Shown here piece after piece: positions 1 to 9,292 of a stretch of DNA of 64,000 bases (positions are counted from its first letter, which is position 1; each line of letters begins with the position of its first letter). The stretch is taken from contig CAYUYO010000001.1 of NCBI GenBank assembly GCA_964449385.1, positions 36,720 through 100,719 on the forward strand. Direction: 5' to 3'. The position numbers were made by a program, and so were the translations under genes. The notes under the pieces were generated by a model. The model made no database searches. It saw nothing but the letters and a program-made list of their open reading frames with translations, and was not told the origin of the DNA. The DNA is from an uncultured Candidatus Saccharibacteria bacterium. Its GTDB lineage: Bacteria > Patescibacteriota > Minisyncoccia > Minisyncoccales > CAYUYO01.

Positions 1-769
1 TTGTTTTTTTATCTTTTTCTATTTTTTTAGGTTTCTTTATTTTTTTAAGCTCTGTTGAAATTTTATTTTCTGGAGGAACAAGCGTTTTTTCTAATAAAGA
101 AAAATGTTCAATTAAAATTTCTGAAGCTTGCAAAAATGCAGCCTCTGGTTCAATAGTACCATCGGTTTCAATATCTAAAAATAATCTGTCAAAATCTGTT
201 CTCTCTCCTACTCGCATATTTTCAACTTTATAGCTTACTCTTTTAATTGGAGTAAAAATAGTATCAATAAGTATTGCTCCAATCTCTAATTTTTCTTTTT
301 TTCGGCTTTCTCTTGAAGAATAACCTACACCTTTTTCAATTTGCACCTCTATATCTAACTCAGCTGATTTTGTTGTTAAGGTAGCAATATGAGCATTTTT
401 ATTCATCAGGTCAACTGTGCTAGGAAATTTAAAATCAGAACCTTTAATTTTTTTTATTCCTTTAATTTTTAAACTGGCCTTTTGTGGTCCCTGATTCCCC
501 TCTTCCTCATAGATTTTAAATCTCAATTGTTTTAAATTTTGCATAATTATAATCACATCTTCCAAAACTCCTGGAATTGTAGAAAACTCATGAGAAAATC
601 CTTTAATTTTCATTTGAGTGATAGCTGCTCCTGATAAAGAAGAAATTAAAACTCTTCTTAAAGAGTTTCCAATAGTCACGCCATAACCTGGGTAAAGACC
701 CTCTATCTCGAAACGAGCTTGATCATCTTTTTTCTCAATAATTTTTAACGAATAAGGTAAAGGTATCAT
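1..769 (-). CDS. rpoA: DNA-directed RNA polymerase alpha subunit, N-terminal part (C-terminal part runs off the window edge)
   Basis: Minus-strand translation starts MIPLPYSLKIIEKKDDQARFEIEGLYPGYG..., matching the RpoA N-terminal domain. Sits immediately after rpsD in canonical order. ATG rc at 767-769. Confidence 0.8.
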   Translation of the reverse strand, partial: MIPLPYSLKIIEKKDDQARFEIEGLYPGYGVTIGNSLRRVLISSLSGAAITQMKIKGFSHEFSTIPGVLEDVIIIMQNLKQLRFKIYEEEGNQGPQKASLKIKGIKKIKGSDFKFPSTVDLMNKNAHIATLTTKSAELDIEVQIEKGVGYSSRESRKKEKLEIGAILIDTIFTPIKRVSYKVENMRVGERTDFDRLFLDIETDGTIEPEAAFLQASEILIEHFSLLEKTLVPPENKISTELKKIKKPKKIEKDKKT

Positions 770-806
770 AGATTTAAATTTTTAATTAAGGCTTCTCTTT
801 GAAGCG

Positions 807-1436
807 TTATTTAGAATAATACTCGAAAATAGAAGAAATTTCAACAGGAGGATTAATAATTTCTAAAGTTGGCTTATCTAAAACTTTTCCTTCTAATTTT
901 TCAATATTTAATTCAAGCCAAGCTGGTGGTTTAGATTTTTTTAAAGTTTGAATAAGACTTTGAAAAACAGGTTTTTTAGCTGAAGTTGGTCTAATCTTAA
1001 TTTTATCTTCTTTTTTAACTAAAAAGCTGGAAATATTAACAACTTTATCATTAACTAAAAAATGACGATGTGAAATTAGCTGTCGGGCTTGAAGTCTTGA
1101 AATAGCAAAACCCAATTGAAAAACTACATTATCCAAGCGACTTTCCAACGTTCTAATCAATAAAGTACCGGCATTTTCTACTTTTCCTCTTTTTGCTAAA
1201 ATTTCTTTAACATATTTCTGAAACTGTTTTTCTCTTAAACCATACCAGTTTCTTAGTTTTTGTTTTTCCTTTAACTCTTTAGCGTATTCAGAAAAAACAC
1301 TCCTGCTTTTTCTTTTCCTTAAACCGGGCGGATAAGCTTTTTTTATCATCGGGCATTTTGGTGATAAGCATTTATCACCTTTTAGAAATAATTTCACTCC
1401 TGCCCTTCTACATATTTTACATTTAGCGTTTTTCAT
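807..1436 (-). CDS. rpsD: 30S ribosomal protein S4
   Basis: 209 aa with an N-terminal Cys cluster (CKICRRAG...CLSPKC) and an S4 domain; order rpsM-rpsK-rpsD-rpoA. Confidence 0.9.
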   Translation of the reverse strand: MKNAKCKICRRAGVKLFLKGDKCLSPKCPMIKKAYPPGLRKRKSRSVFSEYAKELKEKQKLRNWYGLREKQFQKYVKEILAKRGKVENAGTLLIRTLESRLDNVVFQLGFAISRLQARQLISHRHFLVNDKVVNISSFLVKKEDKIKIRPTSAKKPVFQSLIQTLKKSKPPAWLELNIEKLEGKVLDKPTLEIINPPVEISSIFEYYSK

Positions 1437-1449
1437 TTTTAATTATTTG

Positions 1450-1899
1450 TTACACTCTTCTTCTTTTTGGAGGACGACATCCGTTATGCGGAATCGGGGT
1501 AATATCAGTTATTGAACTAATTTCCAAGTCTCTAGCTATCATTGACCTGATCGCCGATTCCCGACCCGAACCAACTCCTTTAACAAAAATATCTATTTTT
1601 TCAATACCTAATTTGTTAATCGCTTGACTCATTGCTTCGGCTACTTTTGAAGCAGCAAAAGGGGTAGATTTTTTTGTTCCTTTAAATCCAATAGAACCAG
1701 CACTCATCCAATGAAGAACATCACCTTGAGAATTAGTTAGCGTAATAATCGTATTATTATAGGAAGAAAAAATATAAACTCTTCCCTCTTTAATTTTTTG
1801 AGGGCCACTTTTAATCTCTTTTTTCACCTTTGAATCTACCTTTTCCCTTTCTTTGAGGAGTTCATCCTCAGTTTGAATAGCAATTCTTTTTTTACCCAT
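1450..1899 (-). CDS. rpsK: 30S ribosomal protein S11
   Basis: Carries the S11 signature YNNTIITLTN...GSIGFKG and sits in operon context. Confidence 0.9.
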   Translation of the reverse strand: MGKKRIAIQTEDELLKEREKVDSKVKKEIKSGPQKIKEGRVYIFSSYNNTIITLTNSQGDVLHWMSAGSIGFKGTKKSTPFAASKVAEAMSQAINKLGIEKIDIFVKGVGSGRESAIRSMIARDLEISSITDITPIPHNGCRPPKRRRV

Positions 1900-1915
1900 T
1901 GAAAATATTGAATTA

Positions 1916-2305
1916 TTATGTTGGAGTTGCTGCCGGTTTTCTTCCAGAACTCACTGTTCTTCTGACATTTCCCCGAATAGTCCTATTATTAGTTTTCGTT
2001 CTCTGGCCCCTAACCGGAAGTCTTTTTTGGTGCCGTATTCCACGAAAAGAACCAATATCCTTTAACCTTTTTATTGATGTAATTATTTCTCTTCTAAGGT
2101 CTCCTTCAATTTTATAATTTTTCTCAATAATTTCTTTAAGTCTTTGAATTTCAATTGAATCTAACTGAGAAGCTTTTCGCTCGGATTTAATATTAGCTTC
2201 AACTAAAATTTTCTTACTTAAAGAAAGACCTATTCCATAAATATAAGTTAAAGCTATTTCTATTTGTTTGTTTTCTGGGATATTAATCCCTGCAATTCTT
2301 GGCAT
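1916..2305 (-). CDS. rpsM: 30S ribosomal protein S13
   Basis: MPRIAGINIPENKQIEIALTYIYGIG is typical of S13. Confidence 0.92.
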   Translation of the reverse strand: MPRIAGINIPENKQIEIALTYIYGIGLSLSKKILVEANIKSERKASQLDSIEIQRLKEIIEKNYKIEGDLRREIITSIKRLKDIGSFRGIRHQKRLPVRGQRTKTNNRTIRGNVRRTVSSGRKPAATPT

Positions 2306-2307
2306 AA

Positions 2308-2421
2308 TTATCCTTGTCTTTGTTTATGTTTTGGATTTTTACAAATAACATAAACTCGTCCTTTTCTACGGACGATTTTACAATCTTTACAAATTTTTTT
2401 AACCGACGATTGAACTTTCAT
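2308..2421 (-). CDS. rpmJ: 50S ribosomal protein L36
   Basis: Not in the ORF track (37 aa). Hand translation of the minus strand gives [37 protein letters not shown], the L36 zinc-ribbon consensus, between infA and rpsM. Confidence 0.9.
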   Translation of the reverse strand: MKVQSSVKKICKDCKIVRRKGRVYVICKNPKHKQRQG

Positions 2422-2431
2422 TTAGTAAATT

Positions 2432-2659
2432 TTATTTACCTCTGTAAACAATTCTTCCTCGTTTATTATCATAAGGACTTGTTTCTATTGTTACTCTATC
2501 GCCGGGTAAAACTTTAATTCTATGTATTCTTAATTTACCGGCAAGATGACAAAGTATCTCTTCATTACTATCATCCAATTTTACTCGAAAATTGGTGCTT
2601 GGTAAAGCTTCTAAAACTATTCCTTCTTTTCGAATAATATTTTTTTTATCAGAATCCAT
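2432..2659 (-). CDS. infA: translation initiation factor IF-1
   Basis: 75 aa S1-like fold: EGIVLEALPSTNFRVKLDDSNEEILCHLAGKLR... Confidence 0.9.
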   Translation of the reverse strand: MDSDKKNIIRKEGIVLEALPSTNFRVKLDDSNEEILCHLAGKLRIHRIKVLPGDRVTIETSPYDNKRGRIVYRGK

Positions 2660-2700
2660 TAACAGTTCCCTAATTATTTAAAATAGCAAAATTCTTTAAT

Positions 2701-3957
2701 TTAGTCAAGATTTAGTTTAAGTTTAATTTTTTCAGTATTTTCGGGAATTCTATTAACCCAAAATGGCGAAAATCTAACTAGAGCTTTAGTAATCTGGGGT
2801 AAGTTTTCTAAGAAAATTTGCGTTTCAGTTAATGATTTTTTTCTTAAAGCTTTTTTTAATTCATCCTGATCAATGGCCGAATAAATTTTAGCTTCCATAT
2901 TTAATGAAAGAGAAATTTTCCCTGTTTCCAAATCAATAGTTTTTAAATCATAATTTAATTTCAAACTTTCTTGATAAAGTTCTTCCTCCTTAGAGATTTG
3001 AGAAATTATATATTCTTTAGCAAAGGTTTCAATGTCTTCTGTTTTAAATACCAAAGCAGTTGATTTAGCTTTTACTTGAAAATTAAATTTTTCTAATTCA
3101 TCTTCGGCTTGAGCTGAAGAAAATTTATCTAAAATTTTTGAATCCAAAATTCCTTTTAATAAAATAAAATCTGAAGGAATTTTTTCTTTCAGGGCAATTT
3201 CGTTTTGCTCAAGAGCTCTTTTTTCTAATGTTTCTTGGGCTTGATCTAAATCTTCTTGTGTAACTTTAGAAACTTCCTCTTTAAAACCTCCTGTCATATT
3301 CTGAAAAGACTCACCATAAAATTTGGTATATCTGGCTGTTCCGGCAAATCCAGGAATAGAAAAACTAGAAGCACCTATGTTATATTCCGGACCTGGCTGG
3401 TCAGCTTTTACCGCAATATCAGAATAACCAGGAACTAATTTTCCGCCTTCATAATGTTCACCTGGAATAACAACTTTAACAGGAGTTCTAAATAATTTTC
3501 CATCAGCTGAAACAAAACGGGTTCTGGCTATTAAAATTTGAGAATTAGAAGAATAAACATTATAAACTCGGATTATTCCTTCAGCTTTGTTTTCTTTTAA
3601 GGCCTTACCTGAAGATGAAATTTCTTCGGTAACAGTTTTCTCAATTTCGAAAATCTCTCCAGGAATATTTTTATTTGAAACATCTAATTGATTTATTTCT
3701 TTACTAATAGTAATTTCCGTTTTAAAAGTAGAAACCCTTTTTACCGGCCAAATTTCCACCTCTGCTTTAGATAAAGTGAAATAACAGGAAAGAAAAACTA
3801 AAACTAAAATTAATACAATAAAAACTAAATTCCTCTTTTTTTTAGAAAAACAAGTGATATTTTTATGTTTTTCTGATATTTTTTTCTTCTCTTTTTTAAA
3901 AAGAGGGCCTTTTTTTACTTTTTCTGGCGGTAAAATATCAAATATTTTTTTGGACAT
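2701..3957 (-). CDS. membrane-anchored hypothetical protein (N-terminal TM helix, large extracytoplasmic domain)
   Basis: 418 aa with a Lys-rich N-terminus then a hydrophobic helix LVFIVLILVLVFLSCYF. No recognisable catalytic motif. Inserted inside the ribosomal super-operon. Confidence 0.45.
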   Translation of the reverse strand: MSKKIFDILPPEKVKKGPLFKKEKKKISEKHKNITCFSKKKRNLVFIVLILVLVFLSCYFTLSKAEVEIWPVKRVSTFKTEITISKEINQLDVSNKNIPGEIFEIEKTVTEEISSSGKALKENKAEGIIRVYNVYSSNSQILIARTRFVSADGKLFRTPVKVVIPGEHYEGGKLVPGYSDIAVKADQPGPEYNIGASSFSIPGFAGTARYTKFYGESFQNMTGGFKEEVSKVTQEDLDQAQETLEKRALEQNEIALKEKIPSDFILLKGILDSKILDKFSSAQAEDELEKFNFQVKAKSTALVFKTEDIETFAKEYIISQISKEEELYQESLKLNYDLKTIDLETGKISLSLNMEAKIYSAIDQDELKKALRKKSLTETQIFLENLPQITKALVRFSPFWVNRIPENTEKIKLKLNLD

Positions 3958-3961
3958 GTTT

Positions 3962-5629
3962 TTATCTTAACAAAATAGCTTTAATTCTCCTAATGCCTGC
4001 TCCCGAGGATTCTTCTTTAATAATCTTGAATTTACCTAATTCTGAAGTTCTTCTTACATGAGGTCCAGCACAAATTTCTTTAGAAAAATTACCAATTAGA
4101 TAAACGCTCACTTCTTCGGGATATTTTTCTTTAAAGAAGGCCAAAGCTCCTTTTTTAACTGCTTCTTCGTATTTCATTTCCTCTCTTTTTACTTCTAAAT
4201 CTTCTTTAATTTTCTGATTGACAATTTCTTCAACTTTCTTTAACTGCTCATCACTCATTTTTTGAAAATAAGAAAAGTCAAATCGAAGTCTTTCAGAAGT
4301 AATATCTGAACCCATTTGTTTTACTTTATCTCCTAAAACTTTTCTTAAAGCAGCGTGTAATAAATGAGTTGCAGTATGAAGTTTTGGTGAAAATTTTCCA
4401 CCTCCGCCAAACTTTTTTTCCTTTCCAGCTCGAGAAATTTCCTGATGTTTTTTCTGAGCCTCAAAAAAAGCTTTTTTATCAATCTTTAATCCTTTTTCTT
4501 TAGCAATCTCCTCAATAAGTTCTAAAGGAAATCCATAGCTTTGATAAAGGTCAAACGCCTCATTTCCTTTAATTTCATATTTGAGAGTTTTAGTAATCTT
4601 TCTTATTTTTTTCTCTCCTTTCTCTAAAGTTTTTTCAAATTTTTCCTCTTCGTTTTGAATTATAATTAAAATATCCGCTTCTTTTGATTTGATTTGAGGA
4701 TAAGTATCCTGGTAAATCTCAATAACTTTTTTAGCCATGGGAATTAAAAAATCCGAATCTAATTTTAAGATCCTGCCATAACGAATAGCCCTCCTTAAAA
4801 TCCTTCTTAAAATATAGCCTCTTTCAATATTTGAAGGTAAAATTCCTTCCGAAGCCAAAAAAACTGCCCCTCTAATATGATCAGCGACGATTCTCTTAGC
4901 TTTTTCATTATTGCTCGAGATTTCTTTTATTATAGGTGTAAACAAATCGCTTTCATATACTGAAGATTTTTTCTGACAAATCATAAGTAACCTTTCAAAT
5001 CCCATACCAGTGTCTACTCCTTTTTGTTTCAGCAAACTTAGTTTTCCATTTTCATCTTGATAATATTCATTAAAAACTAAATTCCAAATTTCAGTGTCGC
5101 CAAAATGTATTTCAGTTGTTGGTCCGCAAGGGCCTTCTTTTCCAGTTGGTCCCCAAAAATTATCCTCTTTTCCAAATCTTTTTATTATTTTTTCAGAAAC
5201 ACCCATTTTTTTCCAAATTAAAAAAGATTCTTTATCAAAAGGAACTTCTTTATTTCCCTTAAAAACAGTGAAAAAAACATTTTTTAAGGGTAATTTCAGT
5301 TCCTGGAAAAGAAAGTCATAAGCTAGTTTCATAGCTTCTTCTTTAAAATAATCGTTAAAACTAAAATTTCCCAGCATTTCTAAAAAGGTTAAGTGATTTT
5401 TATCTCCTACTTCTTCAATATCCGAAGTTCTGAAGCATTTCTGACAGGAAACAACTTTGTTTCCATACGGAGATTTCTTATCTAAAAAATATTCTTTAAA
5501 TTGTTGCATTCCAGCTGTTGTAAATAAGCAAGTAGGGTCAGCTGGAATCAACGAAGCAGAGGATACAACTTTATGTCCTCTTTTTTCAAAAAAATCCAAA
5601 AATTTTTTTCTTAATTCTTTTGAAGTCAT
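3962..5629 (-). CDS. alaS: alanine--tRNA ligase, short form (catalytic, tRNA-recognition and editing domains; no C-terminal C-Ala extension)
   Basis: N-terminal class II AlaRS motifs (FTTAGMQQFK, CFRTSDIEEVG) and the editing-domain HxxxH motif (HTATHLLHAALRKVLG). Only 555 aa, against ~870 aa for typical bacterial AlaRS. Confidence 0.8.
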   Translation of the reverse strand: MTSKELRKKFLDFFEKRGHKVVSSASLIPADPTCLFTTAGMQQFKEYFLDKKSPYGNKVVSCQKCFRTSDIEEVGDKNHLTFLEMLGNFSFNDYFKEEAMKLAYDFLFQELKLPLKNVFFTVFKGNKEVPFDKESFLIWKKMGVSEKIIKRFGKEDNFWGPTGKEGPCGPTTEIHFGDTEIWNLVFNEYYQDENGKLSLLKQKGVDTGMGFERLLMICQKKSSVYESDLFTPIIKEISSNNEKAKRIVADHIRGAVFLASEGILPSNIERGYILRRILRRAIRYGRILKLDSDFLIPMAKKVIEIYQDTYPQIKSKEADILIIIQNEEEKFEKTLEKGEKKIRKITKTLKYEIKGNEAFDLYQSYGFPLELIEEIAKEKGLKIDKKAFFEAQKKHQEISRAGKEKKFGGGGKFSPKLHTATHLLHAALRKVLGDKVKQMGSDITSERLRFDFSYFQKMSDEQLKKVEEIVNQKIKEDLEVKREEMKYEEAVKKGALAFFKEKYPEEVSVYLIGNFSKEICAGPHVRRTSELGKFKIIKEESSGAGIRRIKAILLR

Positions 5630-5677
5630 ATGTTTTATCTATTTTATCAAAAATAGATAACTTCGCCAAATAAAAAA

Positions 5678-6712
5678 TTATTTTATTATTCCCCCACCTA
5701 AAATTTCTTTACCTTTGTAAAAAACCACTGATTGACCAGGAGTGATTGCTCGCTGAGGTATAGTAAAAATTATCCGATAACAGTTTTGCGTTTTGACGGA
5801 CGAAGAGATGATAGCTGAATCAGCTGGATGTAAATATCTAATTTTAGCTTTAATTTTTAAAGGCATTTTAGGCTTTTTCCCTGAAATCCAGTTTACTTTT
5901 TCAGCTATCAATTCTTTTTTATATAAATCTTTTTCATTATCTGTCACAATTAAAGCATTTTTTTTGAAATCTAATTTTAAAACATAATAAGGATTAAGAC
6001 CGGCTATTCTTATTTCTTTTCTCTGGCCAATGGTATATAAAAACAAACCTTGATGCTCGCCAATTTTCTTTCCGGATATATCAAGAATTGGTCCTGGTTT
6101 TAATTTTAAATATTTTTTTAAAAAATCCTGATATTTACCTTTAAGGAAACAAATATCTTTTGATTCCGGCCTTATTAAACTAGCTATGCCAATATCTTTG
6201 GCTATTTTTCTAATTTCTACTTTCGTAAAATTACCGATAGGAAATAAAATTTTTTTGAGTTGGCTTTGTTTTAAATTATATAAAAAATAAGTTTGGTCTT
6301 TTTCTTTATCTTTAGCTTTTAACAACTTATTATTTTTAGTTTGAGCATAGTGACCAGTAGCAATATAATCGGCGTCTAATTCCATTGCCTTTTTTAGAAA
6401 AATTCCAAATTTTATTTCCTGATTACATTTAATACAAGGATTCGGTGTTTTTCCTTTTTTATATTCTCTTAAAAAATAATCTATCACATCTTTTTCAAAC
6501 TCTTTTTTAAAATCTAAAGTTAAAAAGGAAATTTTTAGAAATTTAGCAATTTCTTTTGCTTTTCTTTCGGCTTTCCTAAATTCAGAGGAGTCATAAAGTT
6601 TCATAAAAACTCCCGTAACATCAAAATCAGCCCTTTTTAACAGGGCTGCTACTACTGAACTATCTACTCCTCCAGACATTGCTATAATCGCCTTTATATT
6701 CGATCTAGGCAT
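5678..6712 (-). CDS. mnmA: tRNA-specific 2-thiouridylase MnmA
   Basis: PP-loop SGGVDSSV, catalytic Cys region NPCIKCN, 344 aa. Confidence 0.85.
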   Translation of the reverse strand: MPRSNIKAIIAMSGGVDSSVVAALLKRADFDVTGVFMKLYDSSEFRKAERKAKEIAKFLKISFLTLDFKKEFEKDVIDYFLREYKKGKTPNPCIKCNQEIKFGIFLKKAMELDADYIATGHYAQTKNNKLLKAKDKEKDQTYFLYNLKQSQLKKILFPIGNFTKVEIRKIAKDIGIASLIRPESKDICFLKGKYQDFLKKYLKLKPGPILDISGKKIGEHQGLFLYTIGQRKEIRIAGLNPYYVLKLDFKKNALIVTDNEKDLYKKELIAEKVNWISGKKPKMPLKIKAKIRYLHPADSAIISSSVKTQNCYRIIFTIPQRAITPGQSVVFYKGKEILGGGIIK

Positions 6713-7211
6713 ATCTATCAGCTACGTTTGAGGCTGCAAATGATTCCGGTTTAATCCTCGGCTCAAAACCATTTCCTCGAATTAGCCCAATTACTTCTTT
6801 TATCATATCTCTGGTAAGCCCATTTTCTCCAACATCAGCGTGAATATAACGAAATTGATAATTAAAAGAATGAGTTTTTATTTTTTGTTCTACGTTTTCT
6901 CTTAAAAACAAAGCTAATTTGCAAGACAATAAAACTTCTTCTAAAATTCTTTCTTTCCAATTATAAAATTTACGATTTTTATATTTAATTTTTTTAATAA
7001 AAAATCTTCCCCCTTCTCCTTTTCTCAAAACTACTACTACTACTGGAAAATTGGGCTCTTCGCCCGAAGACGAATCGCAACCAACAATAATATCATAAAA
7101 CTTTTCAGGATTATCTTTCATATAACTCAAAATTTCATCAATTACTTGATTTAGTTTTAAATTTCCACGAGTTGGATTGTAAAAATGGCCATTTAAAAAA
7201 TATTCTACCAT
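6705..7211 (-). CDS. YkuK/DUF458-family RNase H-like protein
   Basis: IIVGCDSS...FPVVVVVLRKGEGGRF...IHADVGENG...KPESFAASNVADRY aligns with my recollection of B. subtilis YkuK (LIIGTDSQ...GIVIHRVGKG...KPDSYVASSYGNRF). Family assignment is from memory. Confidence 0.5.
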   Translation of the reverse strand: MVEYFLNGHFYNPTRGNLKLNQVIDEILSYMKDNPEKFYDIIVGCDSSSGEEPNFPVVVVVLRKGEGGRFFIKKIKYKNRKFYNWKERILEEVLLSCKLALFLRENVEQKIKTHSFNYQFRYIHADVGENGLTRDMIKEVIGLIRGNGFEPRIKPESFAASNVADRYA

Positions 7212-7216
7212 AAATA

Positions 7217-7861
7217 TTAGTTACTAATACTCTCAACTATTTTAATAAACTCCTTAGCGTTTAAGGAAGCTTTACCGATTAAAACTCCTTGAAATCCAGC
7301 TTCTTTAATAAAACCTTTAACATTTTGAGAATTAACACTCCCTCCATACAATAAAATGTTTTTCTTAAGAATTTTTCTAATTGCTGAATTCATTTTCCTT
7401 GCTACTGAAATCCCACAAGCTTTACCACTACCAATTGCCCAAACCGGCTCATAGGCTAAAATTATTTTTCCTAATTTTTCTTTTGAAATTCCATTTATAT
7501 CTCTTTTAATTTGAGAAATTTTTTCAATACACAAAATTGGTCTTAAATTTACTTCTAGAACAGCTTTCAATTTTTTATTAATCATCTCTTCTGTTTCTCC
7601 TTGATATTTTCTCCTTTCCGAATGACCAATAAGCACATATTTACAACCAAAATCTTTAAGCTGTTTTGGAGAAACTTCACCAGTAAAAGCTCCTTGATTC
7701 TCCCAAAAACAATCTTGAGCACCAGAAGTCCTCAAAGCTGACAAATAAACAAAAGGTGGACAAATAATTGCTTTGGTTTTTTTAATCTCATTAAAAAGCT
7801 GCTTAGCTTTAGCTAAGCTTATAGGATTCATTTTCCAGTTAGCTACAATAAAAGGTTTCAT
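7217..7861 (-). CDS. tpiA: triosephosphate isomerase (short form)
   Basis: ANWKMN signature at the N-terminus, IGHSERR catalytic region, YEPVWAIG, GGSV; 214 aa. Confidence 0.85.
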   Translation of the reverse strand: MKPFIVANWKMNPISLAKAKQLFNEIKKTKAIICPPFVYLSALRTSGAQDCFWENQGAFTGEVSPKQLKDFGCKYVLIGHSERRKYQGETEEMINKKLKAVLEVNLRPILCIEKISQIKRDINGISKEKLGKIILAYEPVWAIGSGKACGISVARKMNSAIRKILKKNILLYGGSVNSQNVKGFIKEAGFQGVLIGKASLNAKEFIKIVESISN

Positions 7862-7869
7862 CTAAATTA

Positions 7870-8616
7870 TTATACCACAGTTAAAACTTTGACGCCGTTT
7901 TTAGTTACAGCCATCATATGTTCAAAATGAGCCGATAAAGAACCATCTTCTGTTTCATAGCTATAGCCATCTTTACTTTTTTTTATCTTCCAATTTCCTG
8001 CTGTCAACATTGGTTCTATACAAAATACCATGCCTTCTTTTATTTTTAATCCTGAATGTTTTTTCCCATAATTTAAAATTTGAGGATCTTCGTGTAGGTT
8101 TCTACCAATTCCGTGACCGCATAATTCTCTAACTACATTAAATCCTTGCGATTCTGCGTATTCTTGAATAGCATTTCCTATATCACCAAAAGTATTTCCA
8201 GGTCTTACTTTTTTAATTCCTTTTTTAAGCGCTTCTTTAGTTGATTGAATTAATTTTTCAGCTTGAGAAGAAATTTTCCCTACTGGTATAGTAACAGCCA
8301 TATCAGTATGAAAACCCTTCCATAAAAGTCCGCAATCCAAAGTAATAATATCTCCTTCCTTGAGAATCCTTTTTGAAGGCACTGAATGAACAATTTCTTC
8401 ATTTATTGAAGTACAAAGAGCTGCCGGATATCCATCCTGACCTTTGAAATTCGGTTTTCCTCCACAGTTAAAAATTAGGGCTTCAATAGCCCTATCTAAT
8501 TCTTTGGTTTTAATACCCGGTTTAATCTTTTTCTCTAAAACTTTTACAATTTTAGATAAGAGCTTTCCTCCTTCGGCCATTATTTGAATTTCTTCCGGAG
8601 TTTTAATTAAAATCAT
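7870..8616 (-). CDS. map: methionine aminopeptidase type I
   Basis: 248 aa; metal-ligand region DIITLDCG, HTDMAVT, FCIEPM. Confidence 0.88.
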   Translation of the reverse strand: MILIKTPEEIQIMAEGGKLLSKIVKVLEKKIKPGIKTKELDRAIEALIFNCGGKPNFKGQDGYPAALCTSINEEIVHSVPSKRILKEGDIITLDCGLLWKGFHTDMAVTIPVGKISSQAEKLIQSTKEALKKGIKKVRPGNTFGDIGNAIQEYAESQGFNVVRELCGHGIGRNLHEDPQILNYGKKHSGLKIKEGMVFCIEPMLTAGNWKIKKSKDGYSYETEDGSLSAHFEHMMAVTKNGVKVLTVV

Positions 8617-8629
8617 TGACTATATAAAT

Positions 8630-9292
8630 TTAGTTGATGTTTTTTAAAATATCTTGAAAAACATCTTCTATACTCTGTTCCCCGTTAATTTTAACTAATT
8701 TACCTTGCTTTCGATAATGATTTATTACTGGTATAACTTCTTTTTTGAATTCTGCCAAGCGTTTTTTAATAGCAAAAAGTTTATCATCGGCTCTGATAAT
8801 AAGTTCTCCGCCGCATTTATCACATTTCTTAAGTTTTTTGAATTCTCCAATCCAGGGAATAATTCTGCCACATTTTTTACATTGTCTTCTTTTGGTCAGG
8901 CGATTAAAAGATTCTCTTTCAGAAATACTAATAAAAACAACTTTTATATTCTTTTGCCATTCATACCACTCTAAAGCTTCATCAAGAAGTTTAGCTTCTT
9001 CTGTTTTTCTCGGGCTACCGTCACTAAGTAAGCCATTTATTTTTTTTTCCTGTTTAAATTTCTCCAATTTATCCATCCAAAGTTTAGAAATTACAAAACT
9101 GGGAACAAGTTTTCCCTCTCTCATAATTTTAATAAGTTTCTTTGAAGTAAAATCCCCTATTTTTTGCCGCTGTCTAAGACTATCGCCGCTGCCAAAATAT
9201 TCCAAACCAAGATTTTTACAAAGTATTTTTGCCTGTGTTCCTTTTCCTGATCCTGCCGATCCCAATAAAATAATTACTCTAAAAGGTTTCAT
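8630..9292 (-). CDS. adk: adenylate kinase (zinc-lid type)
   Basis: P-loop LLGSAGSGKGTQA and Cys4 lid CKKCGRI...CDKCGGEL; classic secY-adk-map order. Confidence 0.9.
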   Translation of the reverse strand: MKPFRVIILLGSAGSGKGTQAKILCKNLGLEYFGSGDSLRQRQKIGDFTSKKLIKIMREGKLVPSFVISKLWMDKLEKFKQEKKINGLLSDGSPRKTEEAKLLDEALEWYEWQKNIKVVFISISERESFNRLTKRRQCKKCGRIIPWIGEFKKLKKCDKCGGELIIRADDKLFAIKKRLAEFKKEVIPVINHYRKQGKLVKINGEQSIEDVFQDILKNIN

